Below, piece after piece: positions 17,397-20,000 of a DNA stretch of 20,000 bases. The stretch comes from an uncultured virus (IMG/VR IMGVR_UViG_3300030202_002850) (lineage: Duplodnaviria; Heunggongvirae; Uroviricota; Caudoviricetes): IMG/VR virus record IMGVR_UViG_3300030202_002850, positions 51,221 through 71,220 of that record; one strand, 5' to 3'. The translations under genes and the position numbers were made by a program. The notes beneath the pieces were generated by a model that saw nothing but the letters and a program-made list of their open reading frames with translations, searched no databases and was not told the DNA's origin. How positions within the stretch are numbered: position 1 is the stretch's first letter; every line of letters starts with the position of its first letter.

Positions 17397-17447
17397 TAAA
17401 CCTTTGTGTTCCTCTGTAAAGACTTCTAGTAAACCTAATTGTGACAC
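17196..17447 (-). CDS. Hypothetical protein with basic C-terminus (probable GTG start, MSQLGLLEVF...)
   Basis: Part of track ORF 17196..17600; GTG at 17447 follows a TTGCTG-N17-TAATAT promoter-like sequence. Confidence 0.55.
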   Translation of the reverse strand: MSQLGLLEVFTEEHKGLWRVMIKNPAMPYPVVAGQRLVKKEFPPILKVIHESKEEAEKEASWLSQHLEDVEKKKMKRRKKKKL

Positions 17448-17762
17448 AACAAGACGGCATATTAAATATTGTTTGACATAACAGCAAGAATAGTTTTCTG
17501 TCTGTCGCAGACATACTTCTGACGAAAGAGAATGAAACGTCAGCGAGGGTGAGGGGTGTTCTGGAAAAGGCTCCCGCTTGTAGAAAAGCATTAATACCAA
17601 CTCTTCGTTAAATTTAATATCGATGTGCGTTTTTAAGACGCGACCGCCATTGCCTTGTGCAGAGTTAATTTGCTTATGGAATTACAGGATGACCGAGTTC
17701 CGCTAGTCTCAGCTAAGCAAATATGTTCCGAAACCATGAAACCTATACGAACTATGGTTAAG

Positions 17763-17944
17763 ACTACTTCCTCCCAGTAGGGAGTAGTGTGTCCTCCTCC
17801 AATCCCCCTACCGAACATAGCTAAGTTATATTACTGGGGGTTTTTTAAATAAACCCCCTTAGTTAACTGAGGTACATATTATGTATGTACATAAGCAGTA
17901 TCAGAATAAAATGTTTGGAAAGATATGTAAAAAGATGTAAAAAG
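17763..17944. repeat. Cluster of inverted repeats and short direct repeats in the divergent intergenic region
   Basis: ACTACTTCCT/AGGGAGTAGT (17763-17788), GGGGGTTT/AAACCCCC (17836-17858), near-palindrome CCTTAGTTAACTGAGG (17857-17872), GTACATA/TATGTAC (17872-17890), ATGTAAAAAG twice (17925-17944). Confidence 0.75.
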
Positions 17945-17955
17945 TCCTTGTAACA

Positions 17956-18285
17956 ATGTCTCACTATGTTATACATCGTGAACCCGGAGATGGAGGATTG
18001 TATTTCTGCGAAACATGTGGAGATCTTTATTTCTCTCCTCTGCCAGATGTGCCGACAATTTGTTTAGATTGTCTGTACTCTAACAGAAACAGGAATAGAT
18101 TAATTAAGGTTTATGGGCCTAGTTATAAAGACAGCTTAGAAGAAAACACCATGCTTACCCAATCTGAGGTTGGGAACATCATGGGAATAAGCAGACAACG
18201 GGTTCAGCAAATTGAGATAATCGCTATGGCTAAGGTTAGAGCCTATCTAATCAAATCAAACGAAACTAAAATAAAACTAAGCATA
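17956..18285 (+). CDS. Zn-finger plus sigma70 region-4-like HTH, reading in frame into ssb
   Basis: CETC-x14-CLDC; MLTQSEVGNIMGISRQRVQQIEIIAMAKVR matches the sigma r4.2 pattern TL.EIG...G.SRERVRQIE..AL.KLR; start may be TTG at 17998. Confidence 0.7.
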
Positions 18286-18621
18286 ATGAATCAAGTTGCA
18301 ATAGTAGGTAAAGTAGTAAGAGATGCACAAGTAAGAGAAACCAAAAATGGTAATCCAATGCTTACTGTGACAATCGTAACAGAAAAAGTAGGAACAGAAG
18401 ATAGAACTTTCCAGACTTATTGGGATGTTCTGTCATTCGGTGATAAAGCAATTTCACTTGCTGATAAGTTGAAAGAAGGGGCTGCTGCCTTTGCTACTGG
18501 CGAAGTTTCTGTTTCAACATACGAGAATAAAGATGGTGCAACAAAAGCATCTCTTAAATGCGTAGGAACAGTAGGTGTAATTGGTGGCATCCCAAAAGAT
18601 GACACTGATCAAATGTTTTAG
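18286..18621 (+). CDS. ssb: Single-stranded DNA-binding protein
   Basis: MNQVAIVGKVVRDAQVRETKNG...YWDVLSFGDKA...LKEG...GEV...YENKDG OB-fold pattern; short acidic tail DDTDQMF. Confidence 0.88.
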   Translation: MNQVAIVGKVVRDAQVRETKNGNPMLTVTIVTEKVGTEDRTFQTYWDVLSFGDKAISLADKLKEGAAAFATGEVSVSTYENKDGATKASLKCVGTVGVIGGIPKDDTDQMF

Positions 18622-18802
18622 TCAAACATGGTGTCTAGGGAGATCCTAGAACAATGAGGGGGTGATGTGACCCCCTTGTCTGAAACAATAAACTAAAACT
18701 AAGCAAGCAAAAGAGCATGGTGTTTGGGGAGATCCCAAAACAAGGACAATACACTCACCCGTTATCGCCTCATAGAAACACTCTTTTGTTTGCTATTTTT
18801 TT
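18615..18802 (+). ncRNA. Tandem pair of unclassified structured RNA elements (CATGGTG-stem-GAGAT-stem-ACAA ... GAAACA)
   Basis: 28-nt cores at 18627-18654 and 18716-18743 differ only by two compensatory base-pair swaps; closing stems 18615-18622/18692-18699 and 18702-18715/18781-18794; T7 run follows. Confidence 0.6.
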
Positions 18803-18804
18803 AA

Positions 18805-18999
18805 ATGAATAAAAAAGATAAGTCGCCTAGCGAAAACTTAAACCCCGGAAGCTTAGAAGCTGTAGGTAAAGGTTGTCTTTGTCCTGAAATAGACAATAGA
18901 CACGGAAGGGGCTGGCCCGGTGAAAACGGAAAACCAGTGTTTTATCTAAGTGATCAATGCCCAATGCATAAAACAAAAACAAAATCAGATAAAGAATAG
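18805..18999 (+). CDS. Small Cys/His phage protein, putative Zn-binding
   Basis: NPGSLEAVGKGCLCPEIDNRHGRG...CPMH pattern (CxC...CxxH). Confidence 0.75.
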   Translation: MNKKDKSPSENLNPGSLEAVGKGCLCPEIDNRHGRGWPGENGKPVFYLSDQCPMHKTKTKSDKE

Positions 19000-19473
19000 A
19001 TGGACTTCCTTAATAATAGATTAAATAACCCAAAACAAAAAAACCCCGCACCGATGAACAATGTTCAATTAACTTCTCTTCAAGCAGAGCAAATGATTAA
19101 CAGCTTAATTGAATCTAAAAGCGTAATACCAAAGAAAAAACTAGCCGAGTTATGCTATAGCGGTATGGAGTTAAAAACCCATATGGGCTTAGAGAGGCTA
19201 CTTGTAGCTATGGATGCTTGTGAGCTTTTCGATAAAAAACAATCTGATTATGGAAGTAGAAACATAGACAGTTGGGGTGAGAAAAATATGAACACACTTG
19301 GCATTGCTGTAAGGATTAATGATAAGATTCAACGCCTAGCCAACTTAACAAAGAAACAAATAGCCAACAAAGGTGAACCAGAAGTAAAGGACGAAAGCTT
19401 ATCAGATACTGCAATAGACATAACAAATTACGGGGCGATATTAATGCTAATATTGGAGAACCGCTGGACTTAA
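19000..19473 (+). CDS. DUF1599 / nucleotide-modification-associated domain 1-like protein
   Basis: LFDKKQSDYG...GIAVRINDKIQRL...DESLSDTAIDITNYGAI, MazG-like helical family signature. Confidence 0.75.
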   Translation: MDFLNNRLNNPKQKNPAPMNNVQLTSLQAEQMINSLIESKSVIPKKKLAELCYSGMELKTHMGLERLLVAMDACELFDKKQSDYGSRNIDSWGEKNMNTLGIAVRINDKIQRLANLTKKQIANKGEPEVKDESLSDTAIDITNYGAILMLILENRWT

Positions 19474-19712
19474 CCAAGCCAGAAAAGATTAAGGACGAGA
19501 TAAGCGAAATAGCAAGCGACCTTGCTGAGTACTTTTCAGAAATGGGTGTAAGTTCTATTGATATAAACCCTAGCAGCATTGAAGAAATATTAGACGGAGT
19601 TGATTCATACGCAGCATTTGAGATAGGAAGAATGATTTGTTTAGTTGATCTCTTGAATCAATTCTTTATTAAACCAGATATTAAATGGATAGCTAAACCA
19701 GAAAACAATTAA
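19464..19712 (+). CDS. Acidic hypothetical protein (82 aa), probable CTG start; not in the ORF track
   Basis: Open frame (M)DLTKPEKIKDEISEIASDLAEYFSEMG...KPENN; CTG at 19464 has GGAG 6 nt upstream and the ORF overlaps the previous stop. Confidence 0.6.
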   Translation: MDLTKPEKIKDEISEIASDLAEYFSEMGVSSIDINPSSIEEILDGVDSYAAFEIGRMICLVDLLNQFFIKPDIKWIAKPENN

Positions 19713-19797
19713 CCCCCTCCTACCCACCCAAGTCCCGTCCCCCAACGGGCAGTATGCTGATGTGTTCTCAATGGTTAAGGACAAACAGGAGGGGGTT
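19711..19797 (+). other. Intergenic structured element with perfect 11-bp closing stem
   Basis: AACCCCCTCCT (19711-19721) pairs with AGGAGGGGGTT (19787-19797); internal CCCGT/ACGGG hairpin. Confidence 0.55.
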
Positions 19798-19808
19798 TCC
19801 TTTTAAAA

Positions 19809-19994
19809 ATGGACACAGACCTACTAAATAAATTAATACTACAGCTTCAATTAAAGATTTCTTCAAGTGAAGTAGAGGTTTCAGAACTAACACAAGACTT
19901 AGAGGTCATTAGGGCGCACATAAACGCAGATGACATAGAAGTTAAAAACATGGGAGAACCTTGGGTTAGTAAAAAAAAATGCCTAAAAAAATAA
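19809..19994 (+). CDS. Hypothetical coiled-coil protein
   Basis: 61-aa ORF in operon orientation, Leu heptads. Confidence 0.6.
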   Translation: MDTDLLNKLILQLQLKISSSEVEVSELTQDLEVIRAHINADDIEVKNMGEPWVSKKKCLKK

Positions 19995-20000
19995 GGATAA

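Noticed and set aside
17633..17818. 61-aa ORF in the divergent intergenic region
   Set aside because: Overlaps the palindrome cluster, atypical composition, no supporting signals
18627..18743. Mini-CRISPR array (two 28-nt palindromic repeats)
   Set aside because: Only two copies, a 61-nt structured interval, compensatory rather than identical repeats and no cas genes; better explained as a duplicated RNA structure

Overview
Segment of an AT-rich tailed dsDNA phage (Caudoviricetes-like, probably aquatic; one prepilin-like gene hints at a PVC/Verrucomicrobiota-type host). Left to right: (1) a large terminase gene on + (137-1609), with no adjacent small terminase or portal. (2) A long minus-strand late block (about 17.45 kb down to 1665). 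It contains an HU-like protein, a Cys-rich protein, two tail-fibre-type genes (386 aa and 2602 aa) and an accessory membrane module (prepilin-like peptide with CxxCH, mini-MscS-like protein, lipoprotein, TM/coiled-coil protein, two DUF2589-like genes). It ends with several small very basic proteins (split DUF5872-like pair, GTYGSKVGRP peptide, DUF5754/DUF6321-like protein) and a lysis-type cassette (two holin-like genes and an embedded spanin-like pair, no endolysin seen). (3) A palindrome-rich divergent intergenic region (17.6-17.95 kb). (4) A + strand early/replication block (Zn-finger/sigma70-r4 HTH in frame with SSB, a small Cys/His protein, a DUF1599-like protein, hypotheticals). The most notable non-coding signal is a tandem pair of structured elements after ssb (18615-18802): 28-nt cores whose four differences are all compensatory, each enclosed by its own closing stem. 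All family names come from motif recognition by eye, not from database searches.
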